64,000 nt of DNA from Mobula hypostoma (Eukaryota): the NCBI RefSeq assembly GCF_963921235.1, contig NC_086103.1, positions 135,718,001 through 135,782,000 on the forward strand, written 5' to 3'. The translations under genes and the position numbers were made by a program. Below are positions 9,275 to 22,200 of the stretch, one piece after another (the stretch's first letter is position 1; every line of letters starts with the position of its first letter). A model generated the notes under the pieces. That model saw only the letters and a program-made list of their open reading frames with translations, was not told the DNA's origin and made no database searches.

Positions 9275-11810
9275 GGTGCAACACAAAATACAATATTGAC
9301 AGACAGAAAATACCTCCCAGCCCCTAATTATTACAGTGTAATAATTGGAACTACGTATCTACTAAAATAGGAGACATGAAATCTTCAACGATAAACATCT
9401 TAGCATTTATGCAAATATACTTTTTCTTCTTTCACTCGTCATGTAACAGTTTTCAAGGCCTTGCCTTTCTTGTAGTTCACAGACCACCGTTCTTCCTTTA
9501 TCCTTGAGCAAATAGGGCAATTTCTTTATGGCAATGGACATATTGGCAGTCATGTCCAGCTCACACATGTACTGCACTACTTCTTCCATGGCAATGCAAC
9601 AGCCTCTAAGCCAAAGACTGTAGTCTTGAAGAACTTTCATGTCTTCAGATTTGATAGGTACCCAAGAAAGAGCGTTTTACATGTAGGCAATTTTCTGTTC
9701 AAACCAAAATGTTCCTGTCGTAAAGCCTTAGCTTTTACATATCCTTTCTTAGAGTTGACGTGCTGGCTGCTTCTGACAAGTTTGCTAGGGCAACCCCTAA
9801 TTCAAGGTAATCGAGGCAGTCACTATAGCTCTCAGTCTTGCCTTCAACACTATTTTCAAAAGCCTTCCAGAATGCATGGTACTGTAATAGATCGCCATTG
9901 AAAACTTGAATTTCTCTTAGACCAAGATGAAATAAGTTATTTTGTGCTATAACGTTCTAACATTTTGCTTCTTAATAATATCAATAATATGGATTTGACT
10001 TCTACTGTATGAAACAAGAGTATCTCCATGTTGTAAGTGAATGTCCCCAAGAGCCCTTTGAGCTGTTGGATATGACATAGGTTCAGAGTGCCTCATTAGT
10101 GCAGGCTGAGAGTAGCCCCTTAAACTACCTCTTGGGAGTCTTGTTCATATTTCACAGACACTGGAGGAACAAATGAATCAACATTAACATTGGGTGTTTT
10201 TGTTTTTCTCTGTGACTTTTCAATATAGGAACTCACACCATAGGACTGTCCGGTTGAAGAACTTTTAGCACTTGCCACAATTGATGCCCTTAGCATATCA
10301 ACTTTAGCCATATGTGCAGCTGTTTTTCCCTCTAACTTAAGCTGTTCCTTCCTTTTCTATTGCTCCATAGCAATTAATTGTTCCTCTCGCTCCTCCAGAG
10401 CACATTTGTCCTTCAGTAATAGTTGACGTGCCATTAATGCTGCAAAATCAGCCTCTATTTTACAGAGGATGTAGTAGATACAGAAGATTTTCTTCCTGCA
10501 GCAGAACTTTGAGCCCTGATATTTGATGCACTGTCTTTTTGTTTTACGTCATCCAGTGGGTCACCTGCTATATGCGTAGTCAAGCCATGCCTTGGAATTT
10601 GAGAATCATCATCTGCTGAAAGGTGAGACGCATATTCATTTGTTGCAGCAACATGACCTTCAATGTAACATGTTTGAGTCAACCATTGTTTCACATCCTG
10701 TAAGAATGCACTACTATACCTATCAATGTTTGTAAAAGATTCCTTCTGTTTTCTCTATTTATCCTTGGGAAGTAATGAAGACAGTGTTTGATGTTGCTTA
10801 GCAACAGCTTCACAGAGATTAGCCATGTCCTCAAGACAAGATTGCACTTGTAAGATAGTTTTCTTATTTTCGATAAAATCCTCAATTGGTGGTATTAAAT
10901 CTTTAATTTTGTTCACATTTGTTTTATACCTATTTTGAAGACTTTCAATTCTACCAGCTAAAGCTTTTACAGCAAGTTTAATTTCTTTTTTTCTAGCCCC
11001 AACATCAGAGTCGCTGATGTTAATTCGTTGCTTCAATTCACTCATGTTACTCTGTCCTTATTGCACCGCTTGCAATTAACTCATTGTTCCCTGCAGCACA
11101 TTCACTGGCGATATTCTGTTCAATGAATCCACAGTGCTTAGACCAGACCAAACAAACAGCATTCATTTCAAGTGTTGGCAAGCAGGACAATGTTTCAACA
11201 AAATAAAGTGATGAACCCTCAGGCAAACACCATACATTCAAGCAATGGTCCACAATGGACAGGCAGCGCTGACCATTCAAGACTCTTCAAACCACAAATT
11301 TACAGTATGAATCAGCAAACTGATCCAGTTTTCCCAACAGGTCTGAGGCAATTCTTTACTGTAGATTGGTGTTCGTTTGTTTAGTATAATTTTTTTTGTT
11401 GATGAAATATAGTGGTTACTTGAAAATTCAGACTGAGTATGGGAGGTGATGCTATATGACACTGAGTTCCAATTTGAAAAAAAGTATGTTCAATCCTTTA
11501 TTATGAAACAAGCAAAGATGAGCAATATTTTAACGATTAAAAAACTAACAAAACTAAATTAATGATGTAGTGAAATAAGCATAACTAAGTGTTCAAATTA
11601 ATATAATTAAGTGTAACTAAACGTAATTAGTGGTCAACAAAAAGATAGCAGCCCTGGCTCACTCCCTCTCAACTAAATTTAACTGACAAACGCATGAATA
11701 TGTAACTATACTCATTTGCTTCTACCATACTCCAACCCATGTGACAAGTTACCCATAATAAACATGAACACAAAAAGCAATACAGACAGAAAATAGATAT
11801 GGTTCCTACA
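9275..11810 (-). mobile_element. BEL/Pao LTR retrotransposon remnant: 5' LTR, degenerate gag, PPT and truncated 3' LTR; pol absent
   Basis: 5' LTR 11810-11360 reads TGTAG...CTACA and is followed by GTAAAG. Gag fragments include EADFAALMARQLLLKDKCALEEREEQ, AFENSVEGKT and LQDYSLWLRGCC...KKLPY. A PPT-like AATTAGGGGCTGGGA at ~9315-9329 is followed by tattttctgtctgt, matching the start of the LTR. Confidence 0.75.
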
Positions 11811-12039
11811 GGTCAACATCCATGCTGTATGACTTTGAATCTGCAATGTACTATGACAAGATGCTGTCATCCGTGCTAGGGTCCTCTTCCAATTAACATT
11901 GGTCAGCTCCTCCCTCATGCATATGTGGTTTAACTTTACTCAACTGTGATACCAATATATCTGACTTTAGCTTCTGCCTCTCAGACTGAAGTATTCACAC
12001 TGCATTATTGCAACACAGTGGTACAAACTTCAGCATCTT

Positions 12040-14285
12040 GCACAGAGAAATTAGTAAAAAATTGAAATGGAAGAGTAGAAGAGAGGCTAGAGTGGACATT
12101 GGACCACTGTAAATTGGCACTGGTGTTGTAGCAATGGGGAACAAAGAAATGGCAAACAAACTGATTGAGTGTTTTGCTTTTCTGTGGGAGACACCAGCAA
12201 AATGCCAGAAATTCGAGTCATGGTGTGGGGGTGGGGGGCGTGGTTGCAGAAATGAGCGTAGTCACTATTATTAAAGAGAATGTACTTGGGAAGCTGAAAG
12301 GGTTGAAGATGTATAACTCAGTTGGATTAGATGAACTATACTCCAGGATTCTGAAAGAGGAAGCTCGAGATTTAGGAGCCATTAATAGTGATTTATCAAG
12401 AATTACTAGAGTTGGGAATGGTCGCAGTGCACTGGAAAGTCTTTATGTCATTCTGCTCTTTAAGAAAGGAGGGGATAAAAGACAGGAAATTATAGGCCCA
12501 TTAGTCTGACTTCAGTGGTTGTTAGGGTTTTAGAGTTCATTACTAAGGATAAGAATTTAAGTTCTTTGGAAGCACATGATGTAGTGAGCTGAAGTTAGCA
12601 TGGATTCTTTAAGGGGAGATTTTACTAGACAATTCAAAGTTCAAAGTAAATTTATTACTTAAGTATATATATGTCACCACATACAACCCTGAGATTCATT
12701 TTCTTGTGGCATTCTCAATAAATCTATAATAGAATAATAAGCATAATAGAATCAATGAGAGATTGCACCAACTTGGCATTCAATCAGTGTGCAAAAGACA
12801 ACAGACTGCAAATACAAAAAGAAAGAAAGAATAATGATAAATAAATAAGCAATAACCATTGAGAACATGAGATGAAGAGTCCTTGAAAGTAAGTCCATAG
12901 GTTCTAGGAATATTTCAATGATGTGGCAAGTGAAGCTGAATGAAGTTACCCACACTGGTTCTAGAGCCTGATGGTTGAGCAGTAATAACTGTTCCTGGAT
13001 CTGGTAGTGTGAGTCCTAAGGCTCCTGTACCTCCTTCTCGATGGCAGCAGTGAAAAGGGAGCATGACCTGGACTGTGGGGGGTCCCTGATGATAGCTGCT
13101 GCTTTGCTGCGACAGCACTTTGTGTAGATGTGCTCAATGGTGGGAAGGGCTTTACCTGTGATGGACTGGGCAGTATCCAATACTTTTTGTAGGATTATAA
13201 AGACCAGTGTAGACAATGGAGTGTTAATGGATGTTTGTCTGGATTTTCAGAAGGCCTTTGGCAAGATGCTGTACATGAGACACATGCAATACCAAGGGCT
13301 CCACATTCAACAAGAAAGAGCCCTTGTTATTACAGGATAGGTACTAGCATGGATAGAGAATTGGCTGACTGGCAGAAGGCAAAGAGTGGGAATAAAGGGG
13401 GCCTTTTCTCCTTGGCTGCTGGTGTCTGATGGTTTTCTGCTGGGTTCGGTGTTGGACCTGCTACTTTTCAAGTACATATTAATGATCTGGATGATGAAAT
13501 TGATAGCTTTGTAGGAAAGTTTGCAGATGATACTAAGTCAGTCAGAGGGGCAGGTTGCATTGAGGAATTGGGGGTCTGAAAAAGGACTTGGTTAGATTGG
13601 TTAAATAGGCAGAGAGGTAATACAGTTTAGGGAGGTGTATGGTCATACACTTTGGTAGAAGGGATAAAGGAGTAGACTATTTTCTAAATGGAGAGATAAA
13701 ATTCAGAAATCATAGGTGCAAAGGAACTTGAGAGTCCTGGTGCACGATTCCCTAAAGGTTAACTTGCAAGCTGAGTCAGTGGTAAGGAAGGCAAATGCAA
13801 TGCTTGCATTCATTTCAAGAGGATTTGAATATAAAAGTAATGTAATGATGTGGCTTTATAAGCTGTCCATCAGACCACAACTGGAATACTGTGTGCAGTT
13901 TTGGGCTTCATATCTAAGAAAGGATATGCTGGCATTGGGGAGGGGCCAGAAGAGGTTTACGAGAATGATCCTGGGGATGAAAGGATTAACATCTGAGGAG
14001 AGTTTGTTGGCTCTGGGACTAAGGAAAATGAGGGATATCTCACTGAAACTTACCGAATATTGAAAGGCCTGGATAGAGTGGACATGAAGGGGATGTTTCT
14101 AGCAGAAGGAGAGTCTAGGATGAGTGTGCACGGCCAAAAGATAAAGACAGCCCTTTAGAACAGAGATGAGATGGAATGTCTTTAGCCAGAAGGTGGTTTT
14201 CAATGAAATTCTTTGCAACAAATGTCTATTGAGGCTAAGTCATTGGGTGTATTTAAAGCAGAGGTTGATATGTTTTTGATTAAAT
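12040..14285 (+). mobile_element. CR1 LINE ORF2 fragments, interrupted by an antisense Rex-like LINE 3' end (~12630-13195)
   Basis: CR1 RT motifs LDFQKAFGK, KFADDTK, KANAMLAFISRG and RPQLEYCVQFW, with multiple stops. Confidence 0.75.
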
Positions 14286-15647
14286 TCGCAAACCATATGT
14301 ACATATTTACATACTTCTTATTGTTATTGCTCTTATTTCAATGGTTCCATTTCTAGAGCTAGATTTCTTGGGATCTTGTTCTTATGATTTTTTTTTTTGC
14401 TTTTCCCTTTGGTGTATTTTTCCATTTTTTTTTGCCAGAATATTTTTCCTCATAAGTTATCCATATTAAACAACAACCACTTCTCTCTCCATTTTGTTAA
14501 CTTGTATTAGTGTTCAGTTTCCTTGCTATTTACCAAATCTGCTACTTCTGTATTGTCAGAAATTTTGACTTTGACCAAATCCAATTTATACATCAACAAA
14601 CAAATGGTCCAGGAGGTCTGACATTGTGTGGAGGCAGAGAAATGTGTCACTTCCATATAAGTAGGAATTCATTTAAAAACAAAAAAAAATTAATTACTTG
14701 TGCAGGCCTAGTCTTCCCTACTTAGAATACTATCTCAGTGTAGTGAGAGTTCATCAGATTGATTCAGAGTATCAAGGGGAAAGGCTTGTCCTACGATGAG
14801 AATATGCAGACTGAGCTTGCATTCCATAGTTGGAAGGATTGGAGATGATTTCATTGAAATATGCAAAGTATACAATGACAGGACTCGACAGTGATATTGA
14901 TGCGGGGATATTGTACTCCCTGACTTAGGTCACAGTTTCAAAATAAAGGTTCAGCCGTTCTGTATTGAGATGAGAAGAAACTTCTTAACACAGAGGGCAG
15001 TAGTCATAGGAGTTTTGTAGCCAAGGGGACTGTATATGTTCAAGACCAACATTTATAGATTCTTGGATGTTAAAGGAATTAAGGCATGTTGATTTTTACA
15101 GGAAAATGATGCTGAAGTAAAAGATCAGCTATGATCTTTTACTAAATGACAGAGCAAGTTTGAGGGGTCAAATGACTTGCCTCTTCTGCAGCTAAAATAT
15201 AATAAGAATTGAAATTGAAATTTATTACTATATGATATTTTATTATTTAATTTCCTTCAAGATTAGTTATGGATAAATTATGTGCTGCAGAACTCCAGTG
15301 AGGTCTTCATTGTAATATTTTTGCATTTAGTGGTTCCTTGAATACAATATTATTTCTAACTTGTTGAATGTGACTGATTAAGATCTCTTGAGGTTTAATT
15401 TCTAAGGGTCTTTTATTGTTGACCTTGGGCCTGCATTTCACAATTCTGAAATTCATTTCTGTTTGCATAAGAATAGTACTGGTTGTAATAAATTAGCATG
15501 TCTTTGAAGTATTTTTGTTGGAGTGAAAACTCAGGATGTATGCATTCTGGTTGATCTTTTATTTTTCTGTGCATTGTGTTATAAGCAATAAAATTTGTAC
15601 TTTGGCACTTAAAATTTTTTTAAAATATCTATTTAAGGAAAAACAAC

Positions 15648-15842
15648 ATGTCTGCAAATCTAGAAGATACAAGAAAATGTTTCATCCTCAGAACAGCAGG
15701 AAATTATTTTGGCATTGCCCCATCGGATTCTTTCATTTCATCACTGGGAGACAGGAAAGAATTGAACAATTTTCTGGATGATGGCAATGTGTTTGTTATC
15801 TCGTTGCAGAAATTGGGTGACCAGCTCGTTGTGTGTAATAAG
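15648..15842 (+). CDS. DYNC2H1: DYNC2H1 coding exon 1 (exon starts ~15638)
   Basis: MSANLEDTRKCFILRTAGNYFG...ELNNFLDDGN...CNK matches the recalled dynein-2 heavy chain N-terminus. 195 nt; donor AAG|gtatca. Confidence 0.92.
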
Positions 15843-17009
15843 GTATCATTTTATTTTACTTGGTGCTCAATGGCAGTTAGAGTTTCAATCTATATGTCCA
15901 CAACACGTAAGTGTCATTTAACTTAGTGCATAGTTGGTAGCCTGTGTTTCAAATGCATCTTCTAATGGAAATCGTATAATGGTGTACTATAGTGGTTGAA
16001 TAAAGCCTAATGATAGGAAATGTTAACTATCCAGCTCCCATTTCTTCAGGGAATGATTGATACCTATGTTGGATTACAAATGTGAAGGATGCTCTTGTTC
16101 CCTTGCAGTGCTGTTCCTTAGCTTGTCAACATAAATCCATGTTTATTTCTTTAAAAACAAAATAAAATAAATTTTAAAATAATCTTTTACTTTAATTAAA
16201 GTTAATTTAGTTATTGCTGACAATTTTTAAGCTGTAAATATTGTTTCAGATCTGAATCAGATGATACTGTACTAATTGTTCAGGACAAATTAACATTGCA
16301 GTTTGCATGAGCTGAACTAACACCGGCTGCAGGCCAGTCCTCAACATAAGAAGCAAGACTTTGGCTCTGTAGTTTATCTCTTATCCCGTTATTTTTCTGT
16401 TAATGGTGAAATTGGATGAACCTTATGGTTTGTATCTGTGTTTATATAATGATTACCAAATAATCCATTGGCTGGGGCAGGTGACAGTATTTCTCCTGTC
16501 AAAATCAAAATCCCTTTTTCAGAAACTCGTAAGTTTTTTCAGTCAACGTTTGGCTATGTATTTGAAATTAATCAGTATTTTCTGTCACTTCCTTATTGGT
16601 GGGAAAATATTAGAGATTCAATGTTTCATTATTGTATAAGAACAAACATCGCATAAGTTTGTATTGGTATTGCCAAGATGATGCTGCAATTTCATTGTAA
16701 TAATCTTACCTAGTTTACTTTTATTTATTCAACCTATGTTTTACGGATTTATTAAATCATTAAATGTATTGCATCTATAGGATGTAGTACATTATATTGG
16801 CTAAAAGTTCTTAACTAACAAATAATGAAATCTCATTGTAAACAGTAAATTATTGCCACAGAATAAATTTGACTTTTGTCAGTAGCATTGTTGCTCGTGA
16901 AAAATAGAATGTGAAGATTGGGAGGTATTCTGATTCAAAGTGTGTGATGCCTTTTAATTATATTTCATTAAAGAAATTTAAGGCTATCGAGACTTGTGGG
17001 ATCTGGACT

Positions 17010-17566
17010 AGCTGGAAAAATAGGTTGAAAAATTACAGATGAAATTTAATGCAGGCAAGTGTGAGGTGTTACACTTTGGGAGGACAAACCAGTGTAAAAC
17101 TTACGGAGTGAGTGGTAAGGCACTGAAGAGTGCGGTAGAACAGAGTGATCTGGGAATACAAATACATGGTTCATTGAGGGTGGTGTCACGAGTAGATGGG
17201 TCATAAAAAGAATTTTTAGAACATTGGCCTTCATGAATTAAAGTATTGAGTACAGGAGTTAGGATGTTCTGTGTTGTGCTAGACATTGTTGAGGCCTAAT
17301 TTGGAGCATTGTGTGTAGTTTTGATGGCCTACCTACAGGAAAGATATCAATAAGATTGAAAGAGTGCAGAGAAAATTTACAAAGATGTTGCCAGGACATG
17401 AGGTCCTGAGTTATAGGGAATTTGGACTTTATTCCCTCGAGCATAGGAAAATGAGGGAAGATTTGATAGAGATATATAAAATTATGAGAAGTATAGGTAG
17501 GGAAAGTGCAAGCAGGCTTTTTCCACTGAGGTTGGTGAGACGGGTGAAACTAGAAGTCACGGGTTA
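17010..17566 (+). mobile_element. CR1 LINE 3' region, left half (continues 23219-23490 after the Harbinger insertion)
   Basis: RKFTKMLPG...LIEIYKIMR. The sequence resumes with FKGNLRGVFFTQRVVRVWNELP after 23221. Confidence 0.8.
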
Positions 17567-17747
17567 AGCCTGATTTATACTTCTGCGTCAAGGCGATGCC
17601 ATAACCTATGCAAGTGTTTTACGTGCATTGTGAGCATGTATACTTGTGCGTTGGTGTGTCTGTTTCGCTCTGCAATTCACTGCCAAACCGCTAGTTGGCG
17701 GTAGGGTTTCTATGCCACTGCGTTGCGTTTCTTCGTGTTGAAACAAA

Positions 17748-18669
17748 ATGGCGACTGAGCGCATTGTGTTGGAGTTGGAGCTTATAAGTGTCAAACAAGA
17801 GTTACTTTTATTGAAATTACAGCAACGCAGAAAAGGGAGAAGACGTCGGAGGAGATGGTGTGTTCAACCATTGAACAGATTGAGACAGAAGGAGGGTGAA
17901 TTTGCTGTGCTTGTCCACTCACTGAGAGACATGGATGAGGAAACGCATTTTAAATATTTTCAGATGTCAGTAGGGAGTTGACAATTTGGTTCATCGTCTC
18001 CAACCATTTATTTCACATCAGTGTACGTACAGTATGCCTATAGACATTACTCAGAGACTGGCAATCACCCTCTGAGTTCTAGCTTCAGGTACAAGGCTGT
18101 AGCAGCTAGCTACAAACTGGCGTCAAGTACAGTGTCCTCCATAATTTCGGAGGACTGTACAGCTTTATGGAAAGCACTGCAGCCAGAGTTCCTTCCCTGC
18201 CCTTCAGTCGCCCAGTGGGAAGCTACTGCAGCTGATTTTTGGCGACTATGGAACTTTTTGAACTGTGTCAGCAGTCTTGACGGAAAACATGTGAACATCA
18301 AGGCACTGCCGCATGCCGGGAGTGACTACTACAACTACAAGGCCGCACACTTCATTGTCCTGATGGCTGTCTGTGACACCAGATATCGGTTTACCATGGT
18401 GGATGTGGGGGATACGGACGTGAAAGTGACGGGGGCATTTTCAGGGAGAGCAGATTTGGTTCTTTGCTGCTTGAACACAAACTGAACCTGCCCCCACCAG
18501 CCAATCTTCCAGGAACAGGAGTCAAAATCCCGCATGTAATCGTTGGTGATGCTGCTTTCCCCCTACACAACAATCTCATGCGACCATTTCCAGGTATGTC
18601 AGAGATATTTAATTCCATGAAAATTAATTTCATTTCATTTTTAGTAATACTGCTTGCTTTGTGTGATTT

Positions 18670-18721
<52 letters not shown>

Positions 18722-19095
18722 TATCCTTAAATGTTTGTAGCGATCACAGCTATGTTGGCACATAATAATTTGCTATTTATTAATACTGCGTTTTATCTTT
18801 TATGTTTTGCTACATAGGGATGAATATGACCATGGAAAAGAAGATGTATAACTACTGTCACTCCGGAGCTAAGTGGGTGATTGAGAACACATTTGGCATT
18901 TTGGTGGCAAGGTCACCTCAGCCAGGCGAGTGGCGAAGAGTGGTGGCAGGGAACACGAATCTTTTGGCACCTGTAGATCCTCATTACCTTTCAAGGCGCT
19001 GCTCCGCCAGAGCTGCTCTTGGTGTATGGAATGACCTGATGGCCTTCTTTCAATCACCACCTGGATCTTTGCCATGACAGAACAAAATAGTGTGT
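17748..19095 (+). pseudogene. Harbinger (HARBI1/ALP1-like) DDE transposase, frameshifted, one intron 18594-18817
   Basis: Motifs [24 protein letters not shown] and VIENTFGILVAR are split over several frames. The GT-AG intron contains (CA)n. Confidence 0.85.
18675..18717 (+). repeat. (CA)n microsatellite
   Basis: About 21 CA units in the transposase intron. Confidence 0.95.
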
Positions 19096-19287
19096 CATGG
19101 CCAACTTAATCAGTAAATTGTAAGGACATAAAATAAATGAACATATAAATAAAATGTAGCTGTTCGAATAAAAAAAAAAGACCTGTTATAAAGTCAAATA
19201 GTTATTTATTTGCAGTACTGTGCACAACATTATGCAAGGTGCAAAGTGTTACATGAAAAAAGATAACATAATAGATTGTGCAATTGT

Positions 19288-22200
19288 TTATTGTTTCTGC
19301 TGCTGCCTCTCAAAGGCGGGGTCAGAGGAGCAGGCGCGGGGTCAGAGGAGCTGGCGCGGGGGGCGGAGGAGCTGGCGCGGGGGTCGGAGGAGCTGGCGCG
19401 GGGGTCGGAGGAACAGGTGCGGGGGTGGAGGAGCAGGCGCGGGGGGGTGGAGGAGCAGGCGCGGGGGTCGGAGGAGCAGGCGCGGGGGTCAGAGGAGCTG
19501 GCGCGGGGGTCGGAGGAGCTGGCGCGGGGGTCAGAGGAGCTGGCGCGGGGGGCGGAGGAGCTGGCGCGGGGGTCGGAGGAACAGGTGCGGGGGTGGAGGA
19601 GCAGGCGTGGGGTCAGAGGAGCTGGCGCGGGGGTCAGGAGCAGGCGTGGGGTCAGAGGAGCAGGCGCGGGGGTCGGAGGAGCAGGCGCGGGGTCAGAGGA
19701 ACAGGTGCGGGGGTGGAGGAGCAGGCGCGGGGGGGCGGAGGAGCAGGCGCGGGGGCGGAGGAGCTGGCGCGGGGGTCAGGAGCAGGCGTGGGGTCAGAGG
19801 AGCAGGCGCGGGGGTCGGAGGAGCAGGCGCGGGGTCAGAGGAGCAGGCGCGGGGGTCGGAGGAGCAGGCGCGGGGGTCAGAGGAGCTGGCGCGGGGGTCG
19901 GAGGAGCAGGCGCGGGGGTCGGAGGAGCAGGCGTGGGGTCGGAGGAGCAGGCGCGGGGGTCAGAGGAGCTGGCGCGGGGGTCGGAGGAGCAGGCGCGGGG
20001 GGCGGAGGAGCAGGCGCGGGGGCGGAGGAGCTGGCGCGGGGGCGGAGGAGCAGGCGCGGGGGGGCGGAGGAGCAGGCGCGGGGGCGGAGGAGCTGGCGCG
20101 GGGGCGGAGGAGCTGGCGCGGGGGCGGAGGAGCAGGCGCGGGGGGGTCAGAGGAGCAGGCGCGGGGGCGGAGGAGCTGGCGCGGGGGCGGAGGAGCAGGC
20201 GCGGGGGGGTCAGAGGAGCTGGCGCGGGGGCGGAGGAGCTGGCGCGGGGGCGGAGGAGCAGGCGCGGGGGGGCGGAGGAGCAGGCGCGGGGTCAGAGGAG
20301 CAGGCGCGGGGTCGGAGGAGCAGGCGCGGGGTCGGAGGAGCAGGCGCGGGGTCGGAGGAGCAGGCGCGGGGTCAGAGGAGCAGGCGCGGGGGGGCGGAGG
20401 AGCAGGCGCGGGGGCGGAGGAGCAGGCGCGGGGGGGCGGAGGAGCAGGCGCGGGGGCGGAGGAGCAGGCGCGGGGGGGCGGAGGAGCAGGCGCGGGGGGG
20501 CGGAGGAGCAGGCGCGGGGGCGGAGGAGCTGGCGCGGGGGCGGAGGAGCAGGCGCGGGGTCGGAGGAGCAGGCGCGGGGGCGGAGGAGCAGGCGCGGGGG
20601 CGGAGGAGCTGGCGCGGGGGCGGAGGAGCAGGCGCGGGGGGCGGAGGAGCAGGCGCGGGGGCGGAGGAGCTGGCGCGGGGGCGGAGGAGCTGGCGCGGGG
20701 GCGGAGGAGCAGGCGCGGGGGGCGGAGGAGCAGGCGCGGGGGTCGGAGGAGCAGGCGCGGGGTCAGAGGAGCAGGCGCGGGGTCAGAGGAGCAGGCGCGG
20801 GGGGCGGAGGAGCAGGCGCGGGGGTCGGAGGAGCAGGCGCGGGGGTCGGAGGAGCTGGCGCGGGGGTCAGAGGAGCTGGCGCGGGGGTCGGAGGAGCTGG
20901 CGCGGGGGTCAGAGGAGCAGGCGCGGGGTCAGAGGAGCTGGCGCGGGGGTCAGAGGAGCAGGCGCGGGGGTCAGAGGAGCAGGCGCGGGGGTCAGAGGAG
21001 CAGGCGCGGGGTCCGAGGAGCAGGCGCGGGGGGCAGAGGAGCTGGCGCGGGGGTCGGAGGAGCAGGCGCGGGGTCAGAGGAGCTGGCGCGGGGGTCAGGA
21101 GCAGGCGCGGGGGTCGGAGGAGCAGGCGCGGGGGTCGGAGGAGCAGGCGTGGGGGTCGGAGGAGCAGGCGCGGGGGTCAGAGGAGCAGGCGCGGGGGTCG
21201 GAGGAGCAGGCGCGGGGGTCGGAGGAGCAGGCGCGGGGGGGCGGAGGAGCAGGCGCGGGGGTCAGAGGAGCAGGCGCGGGGGTCGGAGGAGCAGGCGCGG
21301 GGGTCGGAGGAGCAGGCGCGGGGGGGCGGAGGAGCAGGCGCGGGGGCGGAGGAGCTGGCGCGGGGGCGGAGGAGCAGGCGCGGGGGGGGCAGAGGAGCAG
21401 GCGCGGGGGCGGAGGAGCAGGCGCGGGGTCAGAGGAGCAGGCGCGGGGGGCGGAGGAGCAGGCGCGGGGGGGGCGGAGGAGCAGGCGCGGGGTCGGAGGA
21501 GCAGGCGCGGGGGTGGAGGAGCAGGCGCGGGGGTGGAGGAGCAGGCGCGGGGGGGTCGGAGGAGCAGGCGCGGGGGTCGGAGGAGCAGGCGCGGGGGTCA
21601 GAGGAGCAGGCGCGGGGTCAGAGGAGCAGGCGCGGGGGTGGAGGAGCAGGCGCGGGGGTCGGAGGAGCAGGCGCGGGGGTCGGAGGAGCAGGCGCGGGGG
21701 TCGGAGGAGCAGGCGCGGGGTCGGAGGAGCAGGCGCGGGGGTCGGAGGAGCAGGCGCGGGGGTCGGAGGAGCAGGCGCGGGGTCAGAGGAGCAGGCGCGG
21801 GGGGCAGAGGAGCTGGCGCGGGGGTCGGAGGAGCAGGCGTGGGGTCAGAGGAGCTGGCGCGGGGGTCGGAGGAGCAGGCGCGGGGGGCGGAGGAGCAGGC
21901 GCGGGGGTCGGAGGAGCAGGCGCGGGGGTCGGAGGAGCAGGCGCGGGGTCGGAGGAGCAGGCGCGGGGGTCGGAGGAGCAGGCGCGGGGGTCGGAGGAGC
22001 AGGCGCGGGGTCAGAGGAGCAGGCGCGGGGGGCAGAGGAGCTGGCGCGGGGGTCGGAGGAGCAGGCGTGGGGTCAGAGGAGCTGGCGCGGGGGTCGGAGG
22101 AGCAGGCGCGGGGGGCAGAGGAGCTGGCGCGGGGGTCGGAGGAGCAGGCGTGGGGTCAGAGGAGCTGGCGCGGGGGTCGGAGGAGCAGGCGCGGGGGGCA

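Noticed and set aside
10755-11045. Coiled-coil ORF as a novel host gene
   Set aside because: Part of the frameshifted BEL/Pao gag.
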